Below, in pieces: positions 25,788 to 38,821 of a stretch of DNA of 64,000 nt (the first letter of the stretch is position 1; each line of letters begins with the position of its first letter). Made by a program: the position numbers and the translations under genes. This DNA is from Eledone cirrhosa (taxonomy: Eukaryota), in contig OZ024740.1 in assembly GCA_964016885.1 (NCBI GenBank), positions 249,674,001 to 249,738,000 on the forward strand, given 5' to 3'. Under the pieces are notes generated by a model. The model saw only the letters and a list, made by a program, of their open reading frames with translations, did no database searches and had not been told where the DNA came from.

Positions 25788-27516
25788 CTTCTGGAACGGT
25801 GGGACACACCATGGTCACCCGGATAGTAAACCAAGTCATACAGAATGGGGTTGTTCCGAAGGACTGGCGTAGCAGCATCATCATTAACTGCTACAAGGGT
25901 AAAGGAGACGCCCTAGATAGGAGTAACTATAGAGGCATTAAATTAATCGACCAGGTCATGAAGGTCACAGAAAAAGTAATAGCACAACTAATCAGAGAGA
26001 GAATTGATCTAGATGAAATGCAGTTCGGGTTTGTGTCAGGTAAAAGTACCACAGACGCTCTTTTCATTGTACGACAACTACAGGAGAAGTACCTAGCTAA
26101 AAGTAAACTCCTATACTTAGCTTTTGTCGACTTGGAGAAAGCCTTCCACAGAGTTCCCCATTCCATTATCTGGTGGGATCTTAGAAAACTAGGTGTTCAT
26201 GAATGGCTTGTGAGAGCTATACAAGCCATGTATAAGGAAACAGTCAGCAAGGTTAGAATTAACAACGAATATAGTGAAGAGTTTAGCGTAAAAGTTGGTG
26301 TTCATCAGGGCTCCGTTCTTAGCCCCCTACTATTTATTATTGCCCTTCAGGCTATAACAGTGGAGTTCAAGACCGGCTGCCCATGGGTACTCCTATACAC
26401 AGATGATCTAACGCTCATAGCTGAATCAATGGCCGAACTAGAGAAGAAATTCCAAACATGGAAGCATGGCCTAGAATCAAAAGGCCTTAAAATTAACCTG
26501 TCTAAGACTAAAGTTCTAGTTTGTAGGAAGGAAAATAGGGCACCGGTCCCATCCGGGAAATGGCCATGCTCAGTGTGTAGGAAAGGAGTAGGTAGAAACT
26601 CCATTTTATGTCCCAAATGCAAAGTATGGGTGCATAAAAGATGTAGTGGGATCATAGGTAAGCTAACTAAGAACATAGATTTTATATGTGGCCGGTGCTC
26701 TGGTGCAATAAGTAGCAGCAAGTGCCCACAGAATACTAGCTCATTCCATTGCACAGATGGTTCTATAGAAATAGTAAACACCTTCCGTTACTTGGGTGAC
26801 AAAATCAGCAGTGATGGAGGGTGCTCTGAAAGTACAGTAGCTAGAGTCAGAACTGGATGGAAAAAATTAGAAATAAGAGGGATCAGATGTTGTTTACTCG
26901 AGAGAAGACTACGTTGGTATGGTCACGTGATGCGCATGAAAGATGACAGCTGTATAAAAAAGTGCAGGGCAATAAAGATAGACGGTAGCCATGGAGTAGG
27001 CAGACCCAGAAAAACCTGGGACGACTTGATAAATTCCGACCTCACACACTTACACCTCTCCAAGACAATGTCACTGGACCGAGATCTTTGGCGCTACACA
27101 GTAATACAGAAGACCCGCCTTACCTAAGTACAAAGTGAAACCTACTACAGTCAGTAGGCACCTCTAACAAAATACACCCGTCCCACTACCCCCACCCCAT
27201 CCACACCACCCCTTTCAATGTAAAGTTATGTTGGTACCACAACATCCAGTCCGAAACAAATGAGGTCGTGTAGGTGTCACAACAAAAAAACACACAGTGC
27301 ACGCTGTAATGTGGCCGTGTCGGTAACACGGTAAAAACCTCCCAGTCCACACTGTAAACGTGGTTGGTGTTAGGAAGGGCATCCAGCCGTAGAAAACCCG
27401 CCAGACAGTCCTATGCGAGCAAGACAACCACTCTTGCCTCAATTGGGAAAACTCACGTCCAAACCCATGCAAGCGTGGAATATGGACGTTAAACGATGAT
27501 GATGATGATGATGATG

Positions 27517-27518
<2 letters not shown>
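25785..27518 (+). mobile_element. 5'-truncated RTE-type LINE with internal deletion
   Basis: NYRGIKL, FVDLEKAFHRVP, GVHQGSVLSPLLF, LYTDDL, Cys-rich finger, FRYLG; in-frame deletion at GWKK|LEIRG; (GAT)n tail. Confidence 0.93.
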
Positions 27519-27551
<33 letters not shown>

Positions 27552-27579
27552 TATGTATATATATATATATATTTTATAA

Positions 27580-27750
27580 TAATTGTTTCTACTTTTGGCA
27601 CAGTTTATTACTGGTATTTTATTTTATCGACCCCGTGAGGATGAAAGGCAAAGTTAACCTTGGCGGGATTTGAACTCAGAATGGCAAGGGCTGTAACTCA
27701 ATGCGTAAAAAGCATGGCGTCCGACCCTCTACCGATACTGCCAATCCACC
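27580..27750 (-). mobile_element. tRNA-derived SINE copy
   Basis: Reverse complement of the 7630-7807 family. Confidence 0.85.
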
Positions 27751-28467
27751 CCTATATATATTATAATAATAATAAGTTGACGGCACTAGCATAAGTTTCA
27801 CTGCTAGTACCGGTTGCAAATCAGCGTACTCAATAGGCAAGGTTATGTAAAAATCCCAGAGTAGACACAAAGTTATTTGCTTCAATACAACACACGTAAA
27901 TGGGTGCCATAAATCATTCTCGTACTCGAGTTTCGGCCACACTTAATTCATTAAGAGAGTGCACAGCATCCACTGTCTGCATTTATCATACAACAATGCA
28001 CAATCGGTGCATGTGGGTTTCGCCTAATCAATAACCAATCAATCGACAGAATTCGACTCCAGTCCGTGTCGGGTATGGCAGTGAGTGTGACAGGCGACAC
28101 AGTAGCACAGTCGTAACTAAAATCCCTACGCGTCATCACAATACCATCAACCGATTGGCTACTGGTTCAGAAATTTACGTGATGGTAGGAATTGAAATTC
28201 AAATTCTTCTGCCTGAGCCATAAGCACTCACCAACATATCTCAAACACAAATTAACAAGTCAGTGAAAAAACCGGTTATTAGAGAAAATCAGTTTCCTAT
28301 CGCTGTACAATAGAATGGTAGTATTCGGCTCCAGTCTCTAAGTACCATGGTGAAAATAGTGCAACAGTGACAATGGTAGTGCCTAAAGCCTTTCCGGATA
28401 TTAAATGCCAACAGGAGATTAGACAGTGATATATATATATACATATATATATATATACACATATACA

Positions 28468-29655
28468 TAGTTGCTGAGATGCTGAAGCCATCAGGGGACG
28501 TAGGCACTAAACTGGTTGCACACATCATCAATCAGGCTATATATGGTGGTGTCATACTCAAAGACTGGTGCAGCAGTATTCTCAAAAATTGCTACAAAGG
28601 TAAAAGGGATGCTCTGGAGAGGAGCAATTATGGGGGTATAAAACTGATGGATCAGGTTATGAAAGTGGCAGAAAGGATATTAGCGCAACTAATTAGAGAA
28701 AGGGTCAAACTAGATGAGATGCAGTTTGGTTTTGTGCCTGGGAAAAGTACAACAGATGCTCTCTTCTTGGTGAGACAATTACAAGAGAGGTTCTTAGAGA
28801 AGAATAAGCCACTATACTTAGCTTTTGTTGACTTAGAGAAGGCCTTTGATAGGGTACCCCGATCTGTCATCTGGTGGTCCCTAAGGAAACTAGGTGTTGA
28901 GGAATGGCTTGTGAGGACAGTGCAAGCTTTGAGGTGCTGTCAGTAAAGTGAGGGTAGGAATGGAGTTTAGTGAGGAATTCCAGATACAAGTACAAGTACA
29001 TCAGGGTTCGGTCCTCAGCCGGCTCTTGTTCATTATAATCCTCCAAGCCATAACAGAGGAGTTTAAGACTGGCTGTCCATGGGAACTTCTCTATGCTGAC
29101 GATCTGGTACTTATAGCAGAATCAGTAGAGGAGCTAGAGAATAAATTCTGGCTATGGAAACAGCAGTTGGAATTAAGAGGACTGAGAGTGAACCTAGCTA
29201 AGACAAAGGTGTTGATGAGTAGAAAAGAGGACAAAACTCTGATTCCGTCAGGGAAATGGCCATGTTCGATATGCAGAAAAAAAACTGGCTTAAATTCTAT
29301 AAAATATACACAATGAAGATCTTGGTTACACAAGAGATGATGTAGTGGCAAACTAACAGGTAGGGAAAAATACTTATGCAGTAGATGTACAGGGAAATTT
29401 GACAATAGAAGTTGCATTGATAGACACATTTTTCAAATTCAGGTGGGTTCTATAGAAGTGGTTGATAGCTTCTGGTACCTAGGTGATCAGATTAGCATGA
29501 GAGGAGGGTGTTCCGAGGCCATAGTATCTAGAATAAGGATGGGTCGGAAGAAGTTTAGGGAGCTGCTTCCTCTGTTGACGAAGAAGGGTTTCTCCCTGGG
29601 TACGAAAGGCCGGTTATATGATGCCTGGGTGAGGTGCGCGATCCTGCATGGTAGT
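28468..29655 (+). mobile_element. RTE-type LINE RT fragment
   Basis: FVDLEKAFDRVP, HQGSVLS, LYADDL, WYLGD. Confidence 0.92.
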
Positions 29656-30084
29656 ATGCATGTGTGTGAATGTATACTAAATATATATATAATTGTTTCT
29701 ACTTTGGGTAGAGAGTTTGATTCTCTGGCCCTGGACAAATACATTAGTTTCTGCTATTCCATCTGCTGGCAACAGTCCAGATGAAACTGGCGTGCACAGA
29801 AATTAGGTAATGCTATTGTGCATTATGTAATTGGCTAAGAGCAGCTTCATCAGTAGGTTAGTTACTGGCCCACTGTCTTAGTGTGAATTTGCCATTACAC
29901 TAGTAAGCTCCACGTTCAGTGTCAAGTGACAGTGAAGAGGAAGTAAGCAAGACTGCCTATTTTCAAAGAACACTGCAGATTTTTATCAAATTGAAAAAAG
30001 AAAAAAAGAAAAAATGAACCAAAAAGCACTCAACCAGGTCTTCCGTATAGAAAGGCAAAATTGCAAATAATTAATAAAATCAAA

Positions 30085-31900
30085 CTATTGCTCGAGGCCT
30101 GCCTCAGCCGAGCCCCCTCTGCCTACCTGCTGGCCTACCTGTCATATGGAGCCCCAAGCATGCTCCTAGCTGCTGATACGGTCATACCCTCAGCTACTGG
30201 ATTCCAACAGGGCGACCCTTTGGGACCCCTCCTGTTCACCCTTGGTATTGACCACATCGCCTGGAGCATCACGGCCCCTCTCAACGTTTGGTATCTGGAT
30301 GATGCTACGTTGGGCGGGCCCGTATGGACGGTCTGCCAAGACCTTCAATCGGTGATTCCTGCCCTGGCAGGAATCAGCCTCCAGGTCAACTCGGCCAAGT
30401 CGGAGGTGGTGAATGTCAGCCTCGATGCTGTGAGCTTTGCAGCCTCCATCTTGGATGTGCAGTCCATTCTCCGCCAGGTTCAGGTGACCCCCAAAGAGGA
30501 TGTCCTCATCCTCGGGTCACCGATCCACCCGCCAGCCATCTGCTCCACCATCAGGTCCAGGCTTCAACAGCTCCAGACTCTCATGAGCCGACTGGGCTTG
30601 ATTGACGGCCACCCAGTTCTCTTTCTGCTGAGGAACTGCTTCACCATGCCGAAGCTCCTCTATACACTCCGCAGTGCTCCATGCTACACCCAGACATCTC
30701 TCCTCGCTGACCTCGATACTTGTATCTGAGCAGCAGCCGAGGGGATATGCAAAATCAAGTTTGACAACATAGGGTGGCAACAGGCCACTTTACCGGTCAG
30801 GTATGTCGGCCTTGGCCTCCGGTCCCTGATCTCACTAGCTTTGCCGGTGTATCTTTCGTCGGTAACCTCGTGTCACGTCCTCGTCAGTAGGGTTCTTCAA
30901 AACACAACAGAACCCTCTGTGTTCAGAGAACGTGAGGCCGCCTGTGAGATGTGGGACCGGCTGGGACTTAGCTCAGTAGACGTCCCTCCTCCTTCTCCCC
31001 CTGTTGACGTCAAGTCCCCCCAACGCACTTGGAATGCCATCCAGTGTAGCCTGGCCTCAGACAGGCTCACGCGCCAGCTCGACCAGCACCGCCTTGCTTG
31101 TTTTCGTGCGGCCTCCAAACCCCACAGTGGTGCCTGGCTCCATGCTCTGCCCTCCTTCTCCATTGGCACGCAGCTAGACAACCATAGCCTGCGAATCGGC
31201 ATCTCCCTGAGGCTCGGCCTCCGGATCTGCCATCCACACCAATGTCGCTGCGGTTCCACCGTGGACTCTTTCGGCCTCCACCCGCTTTCCTGTCGCCACA
31301 GTGCCGGCCGCATTCCACGCCATACTGCCCTCAACGAGGTCATTAAGCATGGCTTGGACGCTGCTGGCTTCCCTTCCCAGCTCGAGCCGGTGGGGCTGGA
31401 TCGAGGGGACAGCAAAATGCCAGATGGCATGACCATCTTCCCGTTCCGCGGTGGCAAACCCCTCGTCTGGGATGCCACTTGCACCGACACTTTCTGCAGC
31501 CGCAACCTGGTGCAGCCTGCGATTGACCCAGGTTCTGCTGCACATCGGGCTGAGGGGGGCAAACTCCTCAAATACCAGTCGCACTCCGACAGGTTTGCGG
31601 TTGTTCCCCTGGCAGTGGAAACTTCTGGTGTCCTCGGCCCTAGGGCTACCTCCCTACTCACCACCATAGGCGCTGAGCTGGCCAGCCGTAGGTGTGAGCC
31701 CCGCGAGTTGGAGTGGCTTTTCCAGCGTGTCTCCCTTGCAGTCCTCCGGGGAAACGCCTTCTCCATTCTGTCCGCCAGGGCTGTGGGTGAGCCCCATCGC
31801 GTACCATTACATTAGTTAAATACCATTCTTTCATTTCAAATACGTATCTATACTACTAATTCCTTATGAAATGATTCCTGAAAAATAATTTTATAATCAT
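30085..31900 (+). mobile_element. 5'-truncated CRE-like non-LTR retrotransposon (RT + CCHC + restriction-like endonuclease)
   Basis: GFQQGDPLGPLLF, WYLDD, SGAWLHALP, CRCG..DSFGLHPLSC, RH..LN, PDG..WDATC, E..K..KY, PLAVETSG; GC-rich; one stop at ~30727. Confidence 0.88.
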
Positions 31901-31944
31901 ATCCATCATTAAAGACACCATAAACATATATATATATATATCAC

Positions 31945-33100
31945 CATCACTGTTTTATGTCTACTTTTCTTTCCTACAAAGCAGCTCTCCAATCATTTCA
32001 GTCCTTCATCATCTCTATGAGATTCAATGATTTGGGATCAGCTTTTTCAACCTCTACCACAGCTCCCTTCCACTGAAATTTCCTGGCGTTCATCATCCAT
32101 ATGCGCCACATGTCCATACCACACTACAACTAATTCTTCTTATATCCAACCTATTTCTCAACACATCCATGCTTTGCTTTTCACATATATAAACATTGCA
32201 CATTCATACCGAAGCATGCTTGCTTCATTTCTCTCCAACCTTTGCATATCTGCTGCATTCACTATCCATGTCTCACTGCTATACAAGATCACACTTTGTG
32301 CACACACATCATACAGCCAGCCTTACTTCCAAACCTGTCATAGGAAGCAAAGGGACCTACCTTTGAGCCTCCATTTGAGTCTGGACTGAATCTCCCTGCA
32401 TGGATTTTTATCTATTTTATATCTGGCCAAAGGATATAGCAAGTCTCACACTCAATCATAGCACTCATGAACATGCATGTCCATGTGGTACAGCTTCATG
32501 ACCAAAGAGGGTGTGAAAGACCCATGAAATTCATGTCACTGGCCCCTTGCTTCCAGCAAGCCCTTCCCTACACTTTCAGCACCCTAACCCCAAAGACCTT
32601 TTGCTGTCAATAGAGGTAGCAATGCTAGGAACTTTTTCCATCCTGTTCTTACTCTAGCTATTATGCTCTCAGAGCACTCTCCTCCACTTTATCACCTAGG
32701 TAACATATGCTATCAACTATTTGCATGGCGCCTTCCTGGGATTGGAAAGCATTTATTTTACTTGTGTTCTTACTACTAAATATCCCTCTGCCACATACAA
32801 AGTTTACCTTTTCCGTTAGTCTCTCTACTATAACACTCCATCTCTTGTGTACCCAAGATTTACATTGTGTATATTATACAGAGTTACTACCTACTCCTTT
32901 TCTACATATGGAGCAGGGCCACTTTCCTGATAGGATCAGGGTCTTGTCTTCTTTCCTGCTTACCAGAACTTTAGTTTTTCCCAAATTTACTCTAAGTTCT
33001 ATTTCCAAAGCCGGAATTTTTTCTCTAGTTCTTTCACAGATTTGGCTATTAGGCCATCAGCATACAGGAGTTCCCATAGGCAACCTGTCTTAAACTTCTC
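31945..33100 (-). mobile_element. Degraded RTE-type LINE fragment
   Basis: Reverse-strand SGKWPCSICRKGVGSNS and related motifs; interrupted by an LTR-like insert. Confidence 0.8.
32336..32572 (-). mobile_element. Solo LTR-like copy related to 43739-43959
   Basis: Shares GGGACCTACCTTTG..CTCCA.TTGAGTC.GACTGAATCTCCC and CAATCATAGCACTCAT..ACATGC. Confidence 0.7.
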
Positions 33101-34269
33101 TGATAAATAGGAAAGGGCCTCCCCTTATCAACCAAAACCTCGAGAGTGAAATTGAGTAGATAAAAACTGTGTGGAAGCTCATCAAATGGATTGTACCAGT
33201 ATCTCAAAGGTCTGGCCTTGTTACATATGTCATGCTGATTCAGCTTGGGAATTATATTATGAGTGCACGTCTGTGGAATACTCAGTTATCTACGTATTAA
33301 TTTAAAGGTTCACTCGATTGAATAACTGAATAACTATCAAGTGTTGTATTGGCAGAAATATGAGATGTTCATCCTCACCATCACTGTTTAGCATCTATTT
33401 CCATGCTTACATGGGTTAAATGGGCTGTCACAGATAGGTATAGGTCAGGTGACCACATCTTGCTTATATGATTTGTTTTGGGCTTACAGGGTGAACCAGA
33501 TGCTTTTTGATGTTATAGATAGATAATATTGATGTGTACTCTAAATGGCGTCACTTCACCTGACATGTGTGTATATATGAATGTATCTATGTATGACCTC
33601 TTCACCTTTTGCTTTGTCTTCTCAAGGGCTAGTTATTTGTTTATTTTTTCTCTCAATTTCCTCCTAGCTAAAATGTTGCACACTTGTTCTATATTGTCTT
33701 CATTGCATTTTGTTTGCATTTGTACGTACACTTTTTGCATTGTTTTCATGTTAACTTAGTTTCAAAGACTCACTGTATTGTATTTTACCTTATGTTGCTG
33801 CCTCATGAAGGGAACAATCCTGTTCTTAATGCATTGATATCATACTGATTTCCAGCAGATAGCTGATAATAAGGATATGTGTCCATGTTTTTTTCTGTTT
33901 GTCCATGCCATGTGTGCTGAGATTTTAAATTACATACTTTGCCCTAGCCAATGCAGACCTGCCTTGATTTATATACAAGGTGAACATAAAGTCTTTCCAC
34001 ACTGAGCCTTTTGTTTCATAGATGCCATTTTGTTACTGAAAATTACAAGTACTTCCTGTAGAAGAGAAAATGTAAAATATGTTCAGAAAAACTTTAAACT
34101 TGAAATTTATAAATTAAATCAATGAAAAAGTAAAATCCCAAGATATGGTATTTTATAATCAGGGAAAAAATGTTATACTCACCTTGTATTACCACAAACA
34201 GTCGAAATGGGGTTCCTCCAAAGGATATTTTGAGTAACATTACTTGATAGTGCATATCTCCAAACTGAG

Positions 34270-34560
34270 AGATCACAGTTACAATACTTCTGGCATGTGA
34301 TTTAAATGTCTCAGGAAAGAACTGCTGGACAGATTTTACAGGCAAAACCAACTGGGAAGAGACCCAGGGGTAGATCCCAAGCAAAATGGTTGGATAACAT
34401 CCATGGGCTTGGCTGGTCTCGCTTGGGAATCCAGCCAGATCAGTTGGAGATGGTTACTTCTGACAGAACCTACTGGAAGGAATGTTTGAGGACTCTGGCC
34501 CCATGACTCAATCAGGAATAAGTGGGCAAAGAAGGAGAAGAAGAAGAAGAAGAAGGAGGA
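34270..34560 (+). mobile_element. 3' end of another RTE-like LINE with (GAA)n tail
   Basis: Decayed LQYFWHV, then GKRPRGRSQAKWLDNI and DRTYW; GAA repeats. Confidence 0.7.
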
Positions 34561-34601
34561 GGTCTGAAAATCCTAGTTTTTTCCGGACTGTCAGCTAGGC
34601 A

Positions 34602-34790
34602 TAATTGTTTCTACTTTAGGCACAAGGCCAGCAATTACCCAGTGCATTACTGGTACTTTTATTTTATCGACCCCGTAAGGATGAAAGGCAAAGTCAACCT
34701 CGGCGGGATTTGAACTCAGATCGTAAAGGGACATAACTATGCTGGAAAGCATGGCGTCCGACCCTCTACCGATACTGCCAATCCACCGCC
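34602..34790 (-). mobile_element. tRNA-derived SINE copy
   Basis: Reverse complement of the 7630-7807 family. A divergent copy lies at ~35566-35712. Confidence 0.88.
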
Positions 34791-35000
34791 CCAGCTAGGC
34801 ATAATAATGACAAGAATAAATATGTGTAATCTGACAGTTTTAAAGCAGTTGTCTGTATTTACATTCTCTTTGTCACTGATTTTGGAAGAAAAATGCGTAT
34901 GTATGTATGTATGTATAAAAATGTGTATGTATGTATGTATGTATGTATGTATGTATGTATGTATGTATGTATGTATGTATGTAGGTAGGCAGATAAAGTG

Positions 35001-35282
35001 TAGGTGCATAGCTTTGTGGTTAGAGTGGGCTTGCTATCAGAAAGTTGCAAGTTAAATTCTCGGACCGGGTGGTGTGTTGTGTCCTTGACCAAGACACTTT
35101 ATTTCATGTGGTTCCAGTTCACTCAGCTGTAGAAATAAATTGCAATGTTACTAGTGCCAAGCTGTATCTGCCTTTTCCTTGGACAACATTGGGAAAGTGG
35201 TCTTCCACAAACAATTTTGCCTGGGTTTGTGCTTTAGAGGGGAATTTTATAGGTGCAAATCACATGGCCATTTGTGACTGAA
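35001..35282 (+). mobile_element. CORE-type SINE, degenerate
   Basis: tRNA-like head (TAGCTTTGTGGTTAG), then TGTGTCCTTGACCAAGACACTTTA...CCAGTTCACTCAGCTGTAGAAAT resembling the CORE domain. Confidence 0.65.
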
Positions 35283-35859
35283 GATATGTTTCTAAGTTGT
35301 AGACCACAGTTTTACACCGAAGTAAGCAAAATTTTGCATAGAAACGCATCTTTTCAAGGTCATGGGATATGTAAATTATTCTGAAATTTGTTCCTTTTTG
35401 TTCTTGATGGAAAAAGAATACTAACCCCCATCCCCCACCCACAAGCCCGCAGTAGATGCTGGAAAAATTCAATCATTAAAAAAATAATTCATTTACAGTA
35501 AATTAGTAAAGTATTTTTTAAATATTCCAATTTTGTAAATTAGTGCAGTATTTTGGCAAGTAATAATGGTTTTTGATTTAAGTACAAGGCCTACAACTTT
35601 TGGGAAGGGAAAGTTGATTAAATCAACCCCAGTGTGTTACTGGTACTTTATTTTATCGAGCTCGGAAGGATAGAAGGCAAAGCTAAACCTCGTGGGATTT
35701 GAACTCAGAATGTAAAGAGCTAATCTTGGCAGGTAATTACAAAACGTTTACCTTGGGGAAAAATTTAAGAGTAAAATTTTATTTCATGTTTTATTTTTGT
35801 TTTTTACTTATTATTATTATTTTATCCTCTTCTCCTCATTTTTTGCACATTTTGATAAA

Positions 35860-36010
35860 GCTCAATTTCTTCTTGTATGACATAGTTAGAGAGGTGTCAT
35901 TTGCAGCATTATGGATTGCCTCCAGGCCGCCAGGAAAACATATGAGGGAGCAATCCTGAACAACATGCAGTACTGTATGGTCAGGGTCCCCACAGTCAGA
36001 TGATGGCTGT
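35860..36010 (-). mobile_element. Non-LTR C-terminal zinc-knuckle remnant
   Basis: DCGDPDHTVLHVVQDC...FPGGLEAIH. Confidence 0.5.
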
Positions 36011-36620
36011 CCTGGCATGTGTTGTGCGGATCTGATTATTGGACACCCATTGCTTTCTGGGAAAGTTAAAGCCACTTTTCTTTCAGATCAAAGTTATTTT
36101 TCTAAAGGGTCTTCTTTGATTGCTAGAATGGTTTGCACATTGGTCGATAAAGCTCAATTTGAATCATCTTCTGAATTGGTTGGTTGCAACAATTCTGAGT
36201 TAATCAACACTCTTCGGCTAACTTTTAAAAGCAACTTTTAAAAGCAACTTTTAAAGCAACTTTTTAAAGCAATTTACCCAAAATATAGTGAATTTAGGTG
36301 ATTATAATTATTTGGGGAATTACTAAACCCTGGAAAGGCTGGGTACTGCTGCTAGTTGTGTATAATACTATCAACAGATAATATAAGGATGTACATGTGT
36401 TTAAATACAAAAAACTACTCTTTTACAACCACAGATCAAGTCGTTTGCCAAACGAGTACAACTATAAAATATATATTTACACACATGAACATATATGTGG
36501 GATGTATTTGTCAATGTTTAACGCATTTGAGGGCTTCATATCCTTGACAAGAGGGGATTGACACAGCTAAGGAAGCCCTTCTAATTCAAGAATTGAAACC
36601 TTTATCACCTGTTGTCCATT

Positions 36621-37868
36621 CAACGGATTCGGACCACAGCCTATCATCCTGCTTCAAATGGAATGGTGGAACGATTCCACCGCCAATTAAAGGCCGCTCT
36701 TCACGCCTATCCAGACTCTCAACGTTGGAGCGAGTACCTTCCTATTGTGTTGTTAGGAATTCAGTCATCAATAAAGGAGGACCTTGGGTTCTCCCCGGCC
36801 GAATTACTTTACGGTGCTCCTCCGAATTACTTTACGGTTGCCCCTGTTGATCTTGCTTTCCAAGATCCGCTTTCCTATGTATCCCGTCTGCGTTCTTATT
36901 TTCAGGACCTGCCGCCGATGGATACGAAGAAACAAACTGTAAAACCTGCGGTCCCGAGGGATATTGCCTCGTGGACCCATGTGTTCGTAAGGAACGATGC
37001 TGTGAGACCACCCCTCACACAACCATACTCTGGACCCTACCGTGTGTTAGCACATACTGACAAACATTTCACTGTAGACGTTAAGGGGTCCAGAGAGACA
37101 ATTTCGGTGGATAGACTGAACCACAAATACCCCAATCTTTCTCTCTTGTGCATACACCTGCTCCTTCTGCCCCACCTTCACCTACATACAAGACTACGAC
37201 CCGTTCCGGTCGGAGAGTCCACTGGCCCAAAAAGTTCTGCCAAACTATTTTTATGTGAACTGGCCACTGGAGCCTTATTTTTTTTTGCTGTTCTTGTTAT
37301 TTATTGATTTATTGTATTACAATGTACCTCTCATTACCATTTCACTGGATGTATATATATGTTTTTCGTTTCCTTTTACAACGAACATTTAAAGCTATAT
37401 TCTTCTATTTGCCGGTTTATAAATTTACCATGTAAATTTGCCGTTGAAAACTGCGCATTTATTCAGAATGCTTATTTGTCTGGTCGCTGGCCTCTTGACC
37501 CTTCCAGGTCAACGCATTCACAACATCAACAACAACAACACAGCTTCATCAACAACCAAAACCAGCAGAACAAGCCAGAGAATTTATTTCTGCAGCACTC
37601 TTCCTGTGAGAAATTCCCTTCGGAAGTTGGAAATTTCACGTTATACCACAGACCAGAAACCACCTGCATTCATTCTCTGGAACACATTCTTTCCTGCTGT
37701 CATGTGATTGCACACATGTGAACTGTATTTTGAACTTTGACCTCTTCTCTTACTTTTATTACATTGTATCATAATTTTCATGCCTCTTACATGCTCGCCA
37801 TCTTACTCCATTCGATTTTTATGTTTTAAAAATCTGGCGGGGGATAATGTAGCAAGAGTTGCCTCCCT
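36621..37868 (+). mobile_element. Gypsy 3' fragment (integrase C-terminus, 3' UTR, PPT, first ~20 nt of LTR)
   Basis: TTAYHPASNGMVERFHRQLK, PYSGPY; closely similar to 55930-56590; AAAATCTGGCGGGGGATAA-TGTAG. Confidence 0.9.
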
Positions 37869-38338
37869 TGTCATGACAATCTCCTAGGGTCACCACTTTA
37901 GGAGATTAGTATCGGTGTACATATAAAATTATTACAAAAGACAGTAAATGCCGGTGTGCGTTGTTGTGATAATGTTTTTACTTCATAGAAGTCAAAGGTA
38001 TTAACATAAATAAATCATTACCCGTGGATCACAACTCCAGGCTGAAGTGTGTAGAGAGAAGGAGAGATCTTTTCTAGCTGGTGTTAACATCTTCTTAGGC
38101 TCTTAGGCTGCATGTTGCATTCTTCTTGGTGGCGAAGGATTATGAGAAAGGAATCATCTCATGCTAAGGTCGCAGGTGTTACCACTTAGGAATTCAGGAG
38201 GCGAGAGAGAGATATCGTGGTGACTTGTTCCTTTTATAGGGTCTGATCGGAAGTGACCAACAGGGAGTCTGTCAACCCCAAAGGGAAGCAACTCCAGCTA
38301 CTTCCTGTCTAGAGAGCGGTGATGAGATTGTCATGACA
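37869..38338 (-). mobile_element. Solo LTR-like element (470 bp) with 15-bp terminal inverted repeats
   Basis: TGTCATGACAATCTC...GAGATTGTCATGACA; CCCTATAAAAG on the minus strand; no TSD. Confidence 0.7.
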
Positions 38339-38821
38339 AGGATTGACACAGCTAAGGAAGCCCTTCTAATTCAAGAATTGAAACCTTTATCACCTGTTGT
38401 CCATTTCCTGTTTAACTACGAAGGCCAAGTTATTATGGCAGTAATAACGATGTGGGTGCATCGTATGTCAGTGAGAATTTCAGACAACTATAGATCATCC
38501 TATAGAATGAAATAGCAGAGGAGGATTTAAAGTGAATGACAGTGGGGAGGGGGTTACTGATCGTAGCTTCTTGACAACTGAACCACGCTAAAATTTTTCT
38601 ATTTCTCTTTTTACGTTGACCTCATTCTTGTGTTTACTCACACAGTATACAATTCTCTCGGTATAATATTTACTCATATATATTCTCTAGCTCCCTTTCT
38701 CACTCGTGCACATACAAAACACACACATATTCTTATCAGGCTGTCTTTTTCACTAACGCACATTAACAAACGCTCACATTATTTCACATTTTTTTCTCAC
38801 TCGTTCACATTATTATCTTAT

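Noticed and set aside
25688-27127. 479-aa ORF as an intact or domesticated RT gene
   Set aside because: The N-terminus runs through (TA)n, the endonuclease is missing, and there is an internal deletion.
30897-31766. 289-aa antisense ORF
   Set aside because: Shadow of a GC-rich coding strand with no recognisable motifs.
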